This document shows positions 1-13,757 of a stretch of 64,000 nucleotides of DNA, one piece after another (position 1 is the first letter of the stretch; each line of letters opens with the position of its first letter). The notes beneath the pieces were generated by a model that was not told the origin of the DNA, searched no databases, and worked only from the letters and a program-made list of their open reading frames with translations. The position numbers were made by a program, and so were the translations under genes. Source of the DNA: Trichoplax adhaerens (taxonomy: Eukaryota > Animalia > Placozoa); the NCBI RefSeq assembly GCF_000150275.1, contig NW_002060947.1, positions 5,056,267 to 5,120,266 of the forward strand, written 5' to 3'.

Positions 1-3000
1 ACTAGCTTCAACACGGTGTTCAAATAAGATTATCTTATTTTCCTACTTTCAAAAAAATGACGAACGATACTGATTGAAAAAAATACTACATCGTAGTAGA
101 GAACTTACTAGGTCCAAAGACTTCTGCAGCAGTATCAATTGCATTCTTCAGATGAGCTTCTATTGCAAATATCCAGTGCGGCTTAATATGCCCTTTAATA
201 ACTTCATTTACCTACAAATTCAATCATTTATTTTCAATAAATAGAAATGAGCATTAACGCAGTAGTTTTCTATACACTGAGAGCAATGCAGAAAAAATTG
301 CATAGAGATTTAAAGGTAGATAGAAAATAACTTACAACATCACGGAATAAATATAATGTATACAGCAATTCCTTTCGCGCACGTGAATCTCTGATAAATT
401 TTGGAGTACCTACAAAAAGTTCCAATTAATTGTAACAATTTAGTTATTACATTCTGCTTACATATATTTTTCCATAATAATACCAATCCTTAGTACGTAG
501 TCACACCTAGAAGCTCCGTCAGCGGCTGACGATCACCATTTTCAATTAATGCTTGCAAGCATGACAATAAAGTTTTCAAGTCATCCTATTCGTACACATG
601 TATACAATAGTAAAGAATTCAGATAACAAGAATCCCTTTTAAACTTAGGTGACACAAGCAATCTTGTTATATTAAAAATAAAATAATACTTCACCTTTGT
701 TGTATTTAGATCATCACTATTTATTTCCATGGCTAGTTTATCGTACCAGCAGTTACATATCTATTTGAAAAAATTTTTCGTTCACGCGATAAATTAAAAA
801 TTGATAAACCTATAATATACATTATGTTGATTACTACTTATAAAGTCAACGTTTAGCGTCTAACCTTGTCAGCTTGCTCTTTCAAAACCTTCAAAACGAT
901 TATTTGCCTTTCGGAGTCTTTCCTTACCAATTCAAAATGATTATTCGAAGCATCCTGACCAGGAACTGAGGCTATAGAGTCATACTTAATAGTGGAACCA
1001 GGACTATGCAGGAATTAAAAAATACAAAACGAGCGTGAATGTTGCTGTTTCTTGCATTCATCCATTAATAGCAGCGGAATTAATACCTATCATCACTACC
1101 ACTGTGACTATTTGCGATGCTTCCTATTTCCTCTCCTGGAGATAATATTTGATCTGGATCTAGAGAATAGCATATATTTCAAATTCTGCAATTCATTCAG
1201 TTCTTGCTAGGCATGTATGCATGCATATATAACAATTTAAATACCTTTAAGTCGCTGAGTCGAAGACTTTAAACTTTTTGATATGCGATGTCTAACCAAA
1301 CAATAAATTGATAAGATTTACTGCGCCGAGGTAATCTTCTTAAAATTATCACGATAAACGCTTACCTTTTCAAAAATAAATGAGCTAATAAATGAGCAGC
1401 AGTTGATCTTTTATTGGGATCGGGTTCAAAGCAGCACCTAATTAATTAATTTCGCATATATTATTTGTATAACTATTATTCTACATCAGCGTATCCTGAA
1501 AAATCAATAAGAAATTCTGTTTTTAAAGGCAACTCGTGGACGCACTTTTCTAGAAAATCTTTCGCAGATGATGATAAATTTTCTGGAATATCAGGATGAA
1601 CTTTAAACATTCCTACTTTAAACATAGCTGCATGAGGGTCACCAAGCTGTGGATTAATATATAAAAATTATAAGATGAACTAAATCTAGTGATATTAACT
1701 AATACCATAAGAATATATTGGTGATGATGATACCTCGTAAAAAGGCGGCTTTCCGGTAGCCATTTCAATCATAGTGCATCCAAGGGACCAAATATCGGCC
1801 TATAAGAATGATGACATAAGAAACTGGTGCAATATCGAAAAATTTTACATAAACGGTATACGTATAAGGAACTACATACTGGAGGTCCATGTCCACGTAG
1901 TCCTTTATCTATTACTTCTGGTGCCATATACTGCATTGTTCCTATAGCACAATTTCATATATGCCGCTTAAATAGATACCAATTTACGAGGACACACATT
2001 TATTTATTACTCGTACCCTTAAAAGATTCACAATATGGATTAAGGCCTGCTAAGCGTTTAGATGTACCAAAATCCGATATTTTTACAGCTCCATTATAAG
2101 TATTTACCAATACATTGTCACCTTGATTATGAATTCCGCATAAATTAAAACGTACCTAAACGGATTGCTCATAAATCTAAAAGATTGCAGTAAGCAATTT
2201 CAGTACTCACCCTTAATATCACGGTGGACAATTTTTTGATCATGCTGGAGTAATTGTTATAAAAAATCAAAATTTTAGCATAATTGATAACAATCACATA
2301 GGAATTGCTATTAACAAATTAAGGCAAAATAACGAAATTTTTACTTATATTTTGATTAAAATAATAAATGCATGCGCTACAGATAATATAATAACTACCA
2401 GATATTTTATTCCCTCTAAAATTTGTCTAGTGTAATATTTTATAGTATTTTCATCTAATGGACCCCATTTTGATTTGATAAGAGTCGATAAACTTCCTGA
2501 AAGTATAATTTCAATAATTAATGAAGGATAAAAATTCTCTGTGGCTACATCGAAGCGAATCTAGTATTAGCAGCTTTAAAGTGAGAATTGTACCTCCAGG
2601 AACTCTTTCCATAAAAATTTTAAAGACTCCGTCTTCAGTGATAGCTCCCATATATTGCACAATGTTCTTATGAGATATTTTAGAATGTAACCTAATCTCT
2701 TCTTGTAATGGTTCGACATTGCTAAAATATAAATTATGTATACATGTGGTGTATTAAGAATAATAATATCCGTACAAATTAGAAGAAAATCTGGTAAAGC
2801 AGCGTACGTAGCAACTTTAATTGGAATCTCCTTAATAGCTAATTTCGTTTTCGTCAACATATTTCTTCCAGCAAAAACCGTTCCGAAAGATCCACGACCG
2901 AGCACAATTCTGTTCCCCAAATCGTCTAATTCGTATTCGAACTATTTAAAATAAAGAAGATGTACATAAACTTGTCTTTAATTATCTTCAGCGAACCGAT

Positions 3001-6000
3001 TTGAAATAGGGACTCAATCAACTACAGAGTAAAGCTAGTGATTCATGATAAATTACTTCAAGAGGCTCCTCAGTAAACATGGTATCTTCGTTATGAAGAA
3101 TAGAGCTATCTAATTCATTATAAATTTTTGACATCAAATCCCAGAACCTAGATAAATACCATACTTTAGCACGAAACTGTACATCTGATGCTTTACCAGT
3201 TGTCTCCAACTTCGATAAATGCAAATATCTGAATACCTTTGCCTCTGAATATTCGAAGGAAAATATAGCTGAAAATCGTATGAGCTTTGAATTACATATA
3301 GGAAGGCACACCTATCGTCCCTTTGGTAAAGGCTAACATAAAATTCGGATACATCGGATATCAATAGCGTCAATAAATATACAAGCATAGCTAAGCGTAC
3401 ATTCATTGTTCGTTTGATAAAAAAGCGTTAAAGCAACTATACCGAACACTTTTGATAGAAGAAGATACAAAAAGCCATTCCGTAATTCCCTAAATATGAC
3501 AGAATAGTTGCTAATTACTTAAAATAGGAAATATTTTGAATTTTTTTGTGGTTAGTACATACGTTAGAGTCCTTCGGAACAACTTCCCATAAACGTATGC
3601 TCTTAAAATATAAAAACGAGATACAATTAATGCTGGGTTAACTTTCGAACATGATTACGTAACTAAAAATCATCAATTAAGTGTGAAACCTTCTCTTCGG
3701 CCTCCGTATTAATTAAAATATAGCAAGGAATGTACTCATTAGTTAATTCCATTAATAATACCTAAAACAGGAGAATCGCAATAATATATTCTAATGATGA
3801 TGCAGCCAATAGTTGCAGTAATTTTGTCTTAGTAATAATATATAATTATTAAAGGTCCATTTTATGTATGGTGCTAGCACACCATACATCTCATGATCTC
3901 TAATTACATCTCTGTAAATAGTACATACCGGAAATCTAACGTCAGAGCACTCTGCCTGGGTAGCTTCAGTGAAGAAATCTAGCCAAAACGAATATACCTA
4001 AATGTAATACAAATTTTTAATAAATAATGAAATCATCAAAAAATTAGTAAATTGTGAACGTACACGTAAATATCTATATATAGAAGGAATTACCTTGTAG
4101 TCTCTAGTTTCCATAATATCTTCAGGATCTTTGCGAAAACTCTTAATAAGGCTTATATTACCTAGCGTTGATTTCAAAAACCTAGAAATAAATGACGAAC
4201 CCCTTCATTACTAACATTTATGTAGTAATTTTGACGTTACATAAGCATAATATTTCAATATATGTAACTACTTTAAATTTGATTATCTTTACCAGGTTTG
4301 CGGTTTAAGCTTAAACATGCATTCTGCAGCTATAATTGTTTTTGTATAATCCTCAGCTAAAACGCTAACTTCAAAAAATGTTGCAACATCCCAGTAATCT
4401 TCTAGCGAAGATAAGCTACCTTTCCTGCCAAGTAGCGTATTTAATGTCATAGCTAAGAAAGGCCCAACAAAGAACATGACTTACACTAATTCATATTATT
4501 AAATAGACGAAGTACAACATAGGATCGGAGTTTAAGCGAGTATGATCACCAACAATCAGTCATAGACTATTTCATGTAACTGCCAAATACACATTAGGCA
4601 AAGATAATAATGGACCTAATCTTATATACTAACAGAGCTAGGCCCATGTGAGGCAATTCTAAGCTAAATTTAGGAATCTTTTCAATATACCAAATTTGAA
4701 ATAGCAGGTTCATGTACTGTAGTACTAAACTTAGATCACATAGAATGATTAACTGAGAATACCGGCGATACTAACTTGTCTAAATTTATCACAATCAATA
4801 TCAATAAATCAAATTATCAAATCAGTAACTGAATAAAGTATAATGTATATAATGAACGATGGAAGAGGGAATTCATTTCACAATCATTACTACTGCAATA
4901 AAGCTACTTGCCTATTTGTTGTAGCTCAGCAGATAAAGAGAATCTCTCTCCTGCTATAACTAACAGCGTAGCTAAATTTATACCAGCATATTCATTTGGT
5001 TGAATTTTATATCCTTTACGATACCTGTAGAAGTTTAATACAACGCAAAGTTAGACTGTATCAGAATATACGAAGGATCTTTATCTACTACGCGATATAC
5101 ATGTAACAATTGTTTTTACCAGTGTATAGCTTTATCTCTACTATCGTTATCAGTATACTCTGATTCGCTAAATTTATCCTTATAGATTCGTCCAAATAAA
5201 CAGAGAACATTGGGTACATGATTTTCCGACTTTAATAACATTTTCTCCAGCACTTGTATAGCTTTATCTCGGTCTCCTTCTTTATTTCTCCTACATTTTT
5301 TATATAAAAATCTTTAATTGATGCCGAAATTATTGTTACAATTTACATAAGCACGTACTGTAGGCCTAAAGTACTGCAAGACTATTCATATGGATCATAT
5401 AGATTACTAGGTATCAATTTAAATGAACAATTCTGTGTCAACCTATTCAGTGCAAAAGCGTAAAGCTGTTGTATGGGGCCTTTCATGGTCTCCTTGTGAT
5501 TTGGTAATTCATTAATTAACTTCACCATAGAGTCGTAATCCTATTTAAATGATTTTTAATAGTTGATTATTAATTCAGAATACATCTACCATAGCATAAA
5601 CTATTTATTGACGCGATGCTAACGACAACATTAGGGCGTGCTAGTTTTTGTATTAGCAATTCAACAAGTTGTAACAAAGTACCTGGATATCACGATATGT
5701 TAACATTAAATTATGCAAGATGTCTGCGGTAAATAAAGCAGGATCATCCAATGTAGCCTTTAATCTCGTCAATTCCTAAAAAATATAAGTTTACGTAAAT
5801 AATTATGAAGACAACCTATGTTCTATCATCACCGGTTTAACAGCAACTAGGCCGGTTCTTAGTTATATCATAAAGTAAAAACAACCGCTACATCAGGAAT
5901 TGTACTCTTGTCGATACGTGATACCATACTGCTACTATATTTACCGATAGTTACAAGACACTTTCATGCTTACCTTGACAAGATCTTCCTTCGAAAGTTT

Positions 6001-8698
6001 CTCTCTGGCTCTCCGTAGGTCGCGCAGGAAGATTTCCTTAATATGCTTTCTACGGACAAAGTAAATACAAATTTGGTTTAGATATTATCTGAAATGAAGT
6101 CTGCATGACAACATTTTTATCAGCAATGTTGTAAGATAACGATAAGTTATATATCAACGCTAGAGCGACGAGGTAGGTTAAAATAATAGCATCACTTATC
6201 CACGTTATCGTGTAAAAAAAATGAATTATTCCTACGCCTCTCTATGGATAGAGTGCTACTGTTGGTTGATTTGATCAGATGACAACAACAACTTGTGAAA
6301 TCATTATTATTGGTTTTTACTAATATAGCTACATGAACGATGAATTCTAAATCAAAATGATGAGACAGACTTTCAATGACACACTGTATATGGTAATGAA
6401 AGTGATAATATTGTCATCAGAAATTTAATCAATTACAAAATGCGCTATTGTACCATCATCTTATTTCTTAACAAGCATTAAGTTTATTCAAATTACCCTA
6501 CTAGCATTAGTAGCATAATACTATTATCCTTAACACTATCATTTCCTAGATCGAGTGGATAAGAACCGATTTTACCGTTTATTAATTTCAAATTCTTTAA
6601 TTTTTCTCTTTATACCGGACAGTAACGTCATCCCTTGTATATCTCTTCTTCCTATTCCAACGGTAAACTTTCTAGATATGAAGGCAGTATTGCTAGGATT
6701 TATCGTATAGGGCAAAAAGGTATGGCTTGTGACAGATAACTGAAGTGGTGAGACATGAATGATAGCAGTTAATCGACTGATAATTTATATCATTGGATTT
6801 TAAAACATTTGAAGTAGATCAATGACTACAGTATCCGATGTGCAGAATGTGACATCTTTGCAAAACGAAATTAGCTACCCAAAGTGACTAGGCTACAGAT
6901 TCCATGCAAAGTCGAAAAGGTTGTAAAATACAGTATAGGTATGATACACTGAATGCACGCAAAGGAGAGAATCGTAGCTGATTAATAATAATTATTAATG
7001 ACAACAAAATCAATAAGTAATAAACTACCAAAAATTGATTAACCGCTAGCAGAGACTATTCAACCTTTTCAGGAATTAACAATAATATCATCCTACGCGC
7101 ATATGACTAGAACAAGCGTTCTCCAATACTACAGTGCAGTATCTTGTACGCATAGACATAGCTATTCCGATTTCCTACTAGGCATACACGACCGTAGCAA
7201 AAAGTAATAAATTGGCATTAGCATGTGGATTCCATTATCATTATCATTATTAATTAGTTAATTAAAAGCAATGATGACAATCGAATTTGGTACTAAAAAC
7301 AAAACACAGTACCGCCGATTTATAATTGACAGGTGAGCAAGATATATATCAACATAGTAACCTATCCACTTTTATCATATAGTATTATAGCGATTTCTTA
7401 CGCTAATGGCATGAGTTGCTTCATCATCGTTATCATTTAACAGGACGATATTATGCCTCATATCGAAACTTTCACGAACAGCTAATTGATACAAAAGAGG
7501 GGCACGTTGAGCAACAACAGATCTTGAAAGAGAACGAAAAAAAAATTAAGTGTCAAGATAATTCCATTCTACCAGCTTCAACGTATCATAATCATTGATA
7601 TTCATTGTTGTTATCAATTTCATAAACAGGAATTTAAGCGGCTAAATCATTTATAACATGACTATTCGATTGGGGTATTATATTATTATGACGCAAGTGA
7701 AGTAAGTCATTGCAGGCTACATAAGCAATTCTTTTAAGGTAAACATCTGAGAAAATATCATCGTATCGAAACTAATAACATACAGTAGGATAAACAAGTA
7801 TACTGCAACGCTTAGGAAAGGTCTTTTAAAAGTACGGGAGCCTGCAAGATATCCCATTATATTCTATAATTAATTAATCATCATCGGCTACAATATGATT
7901 CTACAAAAGATGATACAACAAGCTAGCAGAATAAGCTCACACCAAACTGCGCGGTCGATGATAATGTTATTTACAGTATTGTATTATCGTTTCGTTGCGG
8001 CTAGCGTAGGGCAGTCTTGGGAACATAGCAAGCATAACAAGAAAAACTTTTACAATATCGTTTTACCAAGAATACTTTCTACATAAATAGTGGGCTACAT
8101 ATAAGACTTGGTAGACGCCGGATTCATTAATTCATTAATCCTCCTACAATGATGACCCAAAGTGGGCATCCACTCTTACAGTATGGGCGTTACTCAATGC
8201 TAGCCAATATTATTTGATTGTGATTTAATGACGATTTCACTCAAGATTGCCAACCTGTTACAGTACATTTACTGTTTGCATTTGGCATTGGAAACTTTGC
8301 AGTACTGATCACTACGCCAGTCTATGCTGTCTATGACGATAGTTGCAGATGATGTTGTACAGTATATCAAAAGGATTACTGTTAGTAGATCCAGTTTGAA
8401 TAAAGTATGGTAGTGATGCATTGTCCTGGTTGGTTTTATTCTTAAGGTTGCAAGAAAATCAACAGGGAAAAACTACTCACATATCCACAATGGCTATATC
8501 TGTATTATAAAAGGAATCAAGAACGGCCGTTTCACCAAAGTCTAAACGGCCAAATGGTACCACTTCCATCTTTATTTTTCTATCTTTGCAAGCTTGTTGA
8601 GCACATTTCAATGCTACCTCATTGCTGCCAATGAAAACGGCTCTGCCTGATGGCGATAGTCGTAGGCTCGATTCTTTGGTGTTTAGCTTCAGCGGCAT
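1..8698 (-). CDS. MAP3K5: Apoptosis signal-regulating kinase (ASK1/MAP3K5/MAP3K15 family), multi-exon, 3' end beyond left edge of window
   Basis: Spliced minus-strand exons give the ASK N-terminus ([26 protein letters not shown]; next exon [19 protein letters not shown] at ~7401-7522), the central region ([30 protein letters not shown]) and the kinase domain ([15 protein letters not shown]...[68 protein letters not shown]). Confidence 0.95.
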
Positions 8699-9119
8699 GA
8701 TGATGCTCTTTCCACAGGATTCAACAGCTGTAGATGAGTATAGACAGATTAAAAGGCTAAAATATCTCTATCGTATAGCCAATTTCCTTCAAATTGGATT
8801 GCCCACTGGATTTATATCTCACATCTACAGAGCGCTAGCTTCAATTTTAATGAATTAATTTATTAATTAACCTAGCCAAGGTCTTTCATCTTCCACTAGG
8901 TTCACTCAACTGTTGGAATGAGTTACTCCCTAGTCACGATCAATGGGTGACCAGTGACAAGTGTAGGGAACACGTCTTCTCAATGTCGTCGTACTGCAGT
9001 ACCGTCACTATTTGTTGTGACACACTAACACTTGACCTTTCGGCCAGTTGTCAATTTTCCACTTCCACTGCCATTTCACTGGGATATCAACAACAACAAC
9101 TGAGTGGAGCATAGCATGC

Positions 9120-9601
9120 TGTTACAGCTGTACAGTACTGTACACTGGTATAGTACTGTACACTGTATACAGTACAGTACTGTACAGTAGTGTACTGTAC
9201 TGTACAGTGTACTGTGTACAATACTCTACCATCAACTACACTGTACAGTGTACAGTGTAAAGTACTCTGCCATCGACTACTGTACACTGTACCGTACTAT
9301 ACACATTGTACTGTACAGTGCGCTACAGTGTACAGTGCACAGTATTCGATCATCGACTACATTGTACACTGTACAGTACAGTACTGTACACTGTACAGTG
9401 CGGTACAGTACTGTACAGTACTCTACCATCGACGACACTGTACTGTACTGTACACTGTACCCTACAGTACCGTGCTACTGCTACAGTACACTCTATCGCT
9501 AGAAAGACCCTTAATTAATGAGACAGTCTCTACGGTGCTGTACTGTACTGTACAGTACTGTACACTGTACGGTAACGCATTTTAACATTGCCCTACAGTA
9601 C
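9120..9601. repeat. TACAG/CTGTA (GTAC-core) self-complementary simple-repeat array in the divergent MAP3K5/SKA3 promoter
   Basis: About 480 bp almost entirely built from GTACTGTACAGTAC/TACACTG/CAGTGTA variants. It lies between the head-to-head MAP3K5 ATG (8698, -) and SKA3 ATG (9704, +). Confidence 0.9.
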
Positions 9602-9703
9602 CTGGAATATCAGAACTCTAGTCAGTATAGTAGTCAGTACTTTTAACGCGGCTAAATTTAAATTCTCCGCGGAACCCTTTGCCTCATCATCGCACTCTTC
9701 AAG

Positions 9704-12246
9704 ATGCAGACCCAAGGTAAGATCGAGTAGATTGAAATGAAACAGGGAATAGACTAAATCGCTGCTATCGATTTCAACTAAGAATGCTAGTAACGAGACT
9801 GTTGGATGGATAGTTGCGTGTTTTTCAACGCTTATCGATCTTCTAGTACGTGTAGAGTCGATCGCTAAGAGCTTTGTGGACGAGTTGAGTGAATTTGGTC
9901 GCAACATCGAAAATAATATCGCAAGCTTGAACACGGATAGTCAGCATAGTTGTGAAGCATATCAACGTGCGAAAGATCAAATTACCGGTAATGCGCTAGA
10001 ATTACAGGTACTGTGATACGTAACATACGTTGTTGTTTTGCATGGACAGTATACAGTATTATTATCAGAGCCACTTTCGATAACATCAGTTTGAAATGCC
10101 TAATCACCCACTAAACTTGCAATGAATTCCATATTAATCACTTGGTCAATACTCACATTACGCTTTAGAATAAGTTAGAGAGTCTCATTCACCAGTCTGA
10201 GCAACAATCATTCAAGCAAATGTTAGTAAGTATCCAAAAACAATTTGAAACAACATCCAAAGATTATCAAGAAATGGACAGCCATTTCCGAAATTATGGC
10301 TACAGTAGTCCCAAGATTGGTATGCACACTCGACATTCAGAATTTGCTTTATTGTATAATCATGAATAAATTGAATTGACAAACTGTCTACTCCACTCTA
10401 CCTATTTCACCTAAATAGAAAATAAAGAGAATACCACTCCTGAGGATGATAAGGAAGTAGATACCGATCCTTCTAGGTAAAAATTATCGAATGCCGTAAA
10501 GCTCTTTGTTCCATTTCTAACTATCGAAAAAATGCGATACTTTTGACGTGGATTTCACTGGGAAGTTTGTATTGATAATAAATTGGTCTCGTTGTTGTTA
10601 TTGATTTATAAAGCAACCAGCCACCTTTAAATGCCACACCAAAACTCGAAGGACTTTCACATTTCGCCTTGGAAGCTATCCGTAAACAACAGTTCGACGA
10701 ACTGCAATCCGGTATGTAGATCTTAAATATCATGAGTTCAGTATAGCGTATACTGTACAATACATACCAGTATACTACTGAGACTTCGAAAGAGAAAGAG
10801 CGGCTCACACTTTCCCTTTAGTAATCTCGACAGTGACTCAAATTCTTTTATCAAAGTTTAAACCACTTGTGGTAACAGTAATTTTAGCTAAACTGACAAT
10901 ACAATAATTTTATACGGGTATACATTAATCAACCTAATTCCAAGTCAGCCTGTGTGCTTATCATGGTAATGATGTATTCTAATCTTGTAGGCAATGTATC
11001 GTTAAGTGGAATAAATAAGCACACCAATATTCCAAAGACCGATACACCGCCATTGCCAGACTTTAAAACACCTGGACTCAATCGAAAAAAACAATGCTTA
11101 CGAAAAGATTCAAAATTAGCAAATGCCTTAAATAATATAGATAATGAATCCTCTATCCCCAAAAGACCAAGGATAAGTATGCTAGAAAATGAGGAAGGTG
11201 AGACAGCATTCAAGAAATGCGCACATAATTCATTTATGCAATTTTCTAAACATGCTTTTAGTTACAACGTTGTTGTGTTGTTGAAGCTAGTTTTATTTGT
11301 TAGTAAACCGCAGTCAATGTTATTTGTTGTTTATAAATATTCTCTGATGCCGTATACGATAGATTACGATATTACGGAGCAACTTCAGTCACCATGCATG
11401 CCGCAACTGGCGACTCCTGGATTAATTACGAAGTCAACGACAAAAAAGAAAGCGACTCTAGCAACAGGTTATGAAACAAACTTGTATAAAGCATGAGTAT
11501 ACAGTATACTAGTACTATATGTACAGTCTATATGGTATACCGTGCACGATGGTAATACGAATAGAATGGAATAGTCTGATAACGTTTTAAATTTTAAGAC
11601 GTAAATTTGATAATTATTTCTCAAAAAATTAAACAGAACTGTATTCCGTAATGTTTCTATGTTTTGAAGTAATGCATAATACTGCTGTATTGTTTTGTGA
11701 TCGTAGAACCTGCCCCCGTAGTTGATAGTGTTTGTGCAAGTTTCCTTGGCCATGCTGGAGTGAACAGTCCATTGTACTCTCCAAATCGAAGCGATAAAGA
11801 TAACTTGAGCACCTTAGTCTCGGAAGCAACCGCAGCTATCAGTAAATTATCATCTGAAGAATACCAAGAATATAGTAATAGTGTCAATAATCCAATGGAT
11901 TTGCAATTTCTAAACCTAACAATTGCGAAACTTAACTCTTTGGTAATCGGGTCAGAAATTGGTATGATATGCGTATCTCTCTTTGATAACGGAATGATAA
12001 ATATATAAGTATAAATGTGAGAAGGGTTGTAGAAGTGCTTATTTTAATCTGTCTTGCACTTTTTATTTATGTCCATTAACAATTTCCTGAAATACCATAG
12101 CTGGTGAAAGATTAGTGATTGATAAGGCATTACTCTGTGAAAAAGTTGGGATTGATGGGGTCAAATGCAATCGGACGTTATTGCAGCTTTACAAGTTGAA
12201 GCGACTACGTAAAAGTTCAGTTGCTGGAAAATATTTGGTACGTTAA
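9704..12246 (+). CDS. SKA3: Spindle and kinetochore-associated protein 3 (SKA3)-like, about 8 exons
   Basis: Spliced product MQTQVRVESIAKSFVDELSEFGRNIE...DYQEMDSHFRNYGY matches the Ska3 N-terminal coiled coil ending in YGY. ATPKLEGLSHFALE resembles Ska3 SPQLSDFGLE. TP/SP-rich linker (DTPPLPDFKTPGL, SPCMPQLATPGL). Last exon 12101-12246 ends ...LYKLKRLRKSSVAGKYLVR*. Confidence 0.7.
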
Positions 12247-12751
12247 CGATTTTACTAACGTCAAGAACTGGGTGGCTCAAATAGACGAAGATTTACCTGT
12301 AAATATATTTCAATTTTCAGTTTAATTAAGCTAAATGGATTAAGAATTAGCCCAAGATGGCTAAACTGTCGCTGTCTTTGCAACTAAAAAAGTTGAAGTG
12401 CATTGATACGTACCAATGTTTTAATTCCTGTTTGTTATTTTGTACCATATTTAACCCTCCTCGCATCTAGATATGCAGTCATCTTTCAGCAATCTAAATT
12501 GTATTTTTAATAATATACACGCAATGAATACCAAATGCACTAAATTTCGAATAAAATCATTAAATATTTCAGAGGCATGCATCTTTTCAGCGATGCTATA
12601 TCCAGAATTACATATCTTTAATGCATTGATAAGCGTATAAAGGAGTTCCAAACAAATCAATAAAGTTCATTTAGTGAGTTCCTATCGAGTTTATACTCTT
12701 AATCAAACAAATACGTAAAGCTCTGACCACATTCAATGCTTTTAGTTTGTG

Positions 12752-13011
12752 ATCTACTTTTTAAACGTACGGCGGTGTTACAGTAGTACCTAGTAGTACC
12801 CGTGAAGAATGTAAATTGTTCAAAGCGAGTAGGCTATGATGAGGGACTTGTAAAAAATCCCAGTTATGATTTAGTTGAACTGATTAATCTACTTTTTAAA
12901 CGTACGGGCGGTGTTACAGTAGTACCCGTGCAGAATGCAAATTGTTCAAAGCGAGTAGGCTATGATGAGGGACTTCTAAAACATCCCAGTTATGATTTAG
13001 TTGAACTGATT
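12752..13011. repeat. Tandem duplication, two copies of ~125-134 bp
   Basis: 12752-12885 and 12887-13011 both read ATCTACTTTTTAAACGTACGG...GTTCAAAGCGAGTAGGCTATGATGAGGGACTT...ATCCCAGTTATGATTTAGTTGAACTGATT with few differences. Confidence 0.9.
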
Positions 13012-13334
13012 CAGTCATTACTACTTATTGTTTAAACGCAGCTTTTAAACTGACTTACTTAATAATAGCGCAGCAAACTACCTCAATCGGAAAGTTAAGC
13101 CAGGTTTGGCCTGACAATATCAAGACAACAACTGATTTTGAGATAAAATTATTGTCCTATTTACTACTTTCGTTGTCGTGCTTTATAAAACAACGTCAAT
13201 ACGAATATGCAGTACAGTACAGTGAGATTGAAATGGTTTCCTTCGAGATAGATTTGTTACACGCGTGGATATTGATAATATAAAGTAAGGAGTACAAGTA
13301 CATACAGAGTTTATATGTAATATGAATATGATCC

Positions 13335-13720
13335 AGCTAAAACCCGATCTCGCCTGCCTTGCATAATAGCCTATAGCCGGGCACTATAACTGAATTATTT
13401 CTAATAAATTACGAAAAGAAGATGCAGTAGTCCATGTTCGTCCATCCGTCTGCAAGTCCGTCCGCTTTAGGGTTTAACTGGCAATTTAGGTCAGATTTTC
13501 CTCTTGAAAGGTCATTCAGCCTGAGGTTATTTGCCGGTCCCTTAATAAACTAAAGTTTTGTCGGCTATAAATGCATGGTATAGTAAATCTAAGCATGAAG
13601 ATCTCACGGTATAATAATAATATTAATAAAGACTTAATGCAAGCTTTATCATCTTCAAGACAAATCTTTAAGCAGGTAAGGGCCCATTGCTTTAGTTGAC
13701 CTGTCATATGTCACTAGTAT
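13335..13720 (+). mobile_element. Possible non-autonomous Helentron-associated (HINE/DINE-1-like) element remnant
   Basis: It contains CCATGTTCGTCCATCCGTCTGCAAGTCCGTCCG, a GTCY microsatellite block typical of DINE-1/HINE elements. It also has a GC-rich subterminal stretch (CCCGATC...TATAGCCGGGCACTATA) and ends near CACTAGT. Confidence 0.3.
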
Positions 13721-13757
13721 CGGTTGAGAAAGCGCTATGTAAACTTTCCATAGCAAG

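Noticed and set aside
7416-7598. Plus-strand 60-aa ORF suggesting a nested gene in a MAP3K5 intron
   Set aside because: Antisense shadow of MAP3K5 exon 2 ([20 protein letters not shown]).
9222-9436. CRISPR-like repeat-spacer appearance
   Set aside because: The spacers are themselves TACAG repeats, the spacing is irregular, the context is eukaryotic and there are no cas genes.
9048-9585. Overlapping Y/C/T/V/Q/S-rich ORFs (also 18365-18714 and 33838-34640)
   Set aside because: Translations of the TACAG/CTGTA arrays, which happen to lack stop codons; no protein-like complexity.
12802-13035. 77-aa ORF with an internal repeat
   Set aside because: Product of the tandem duplication; non-ATG start.
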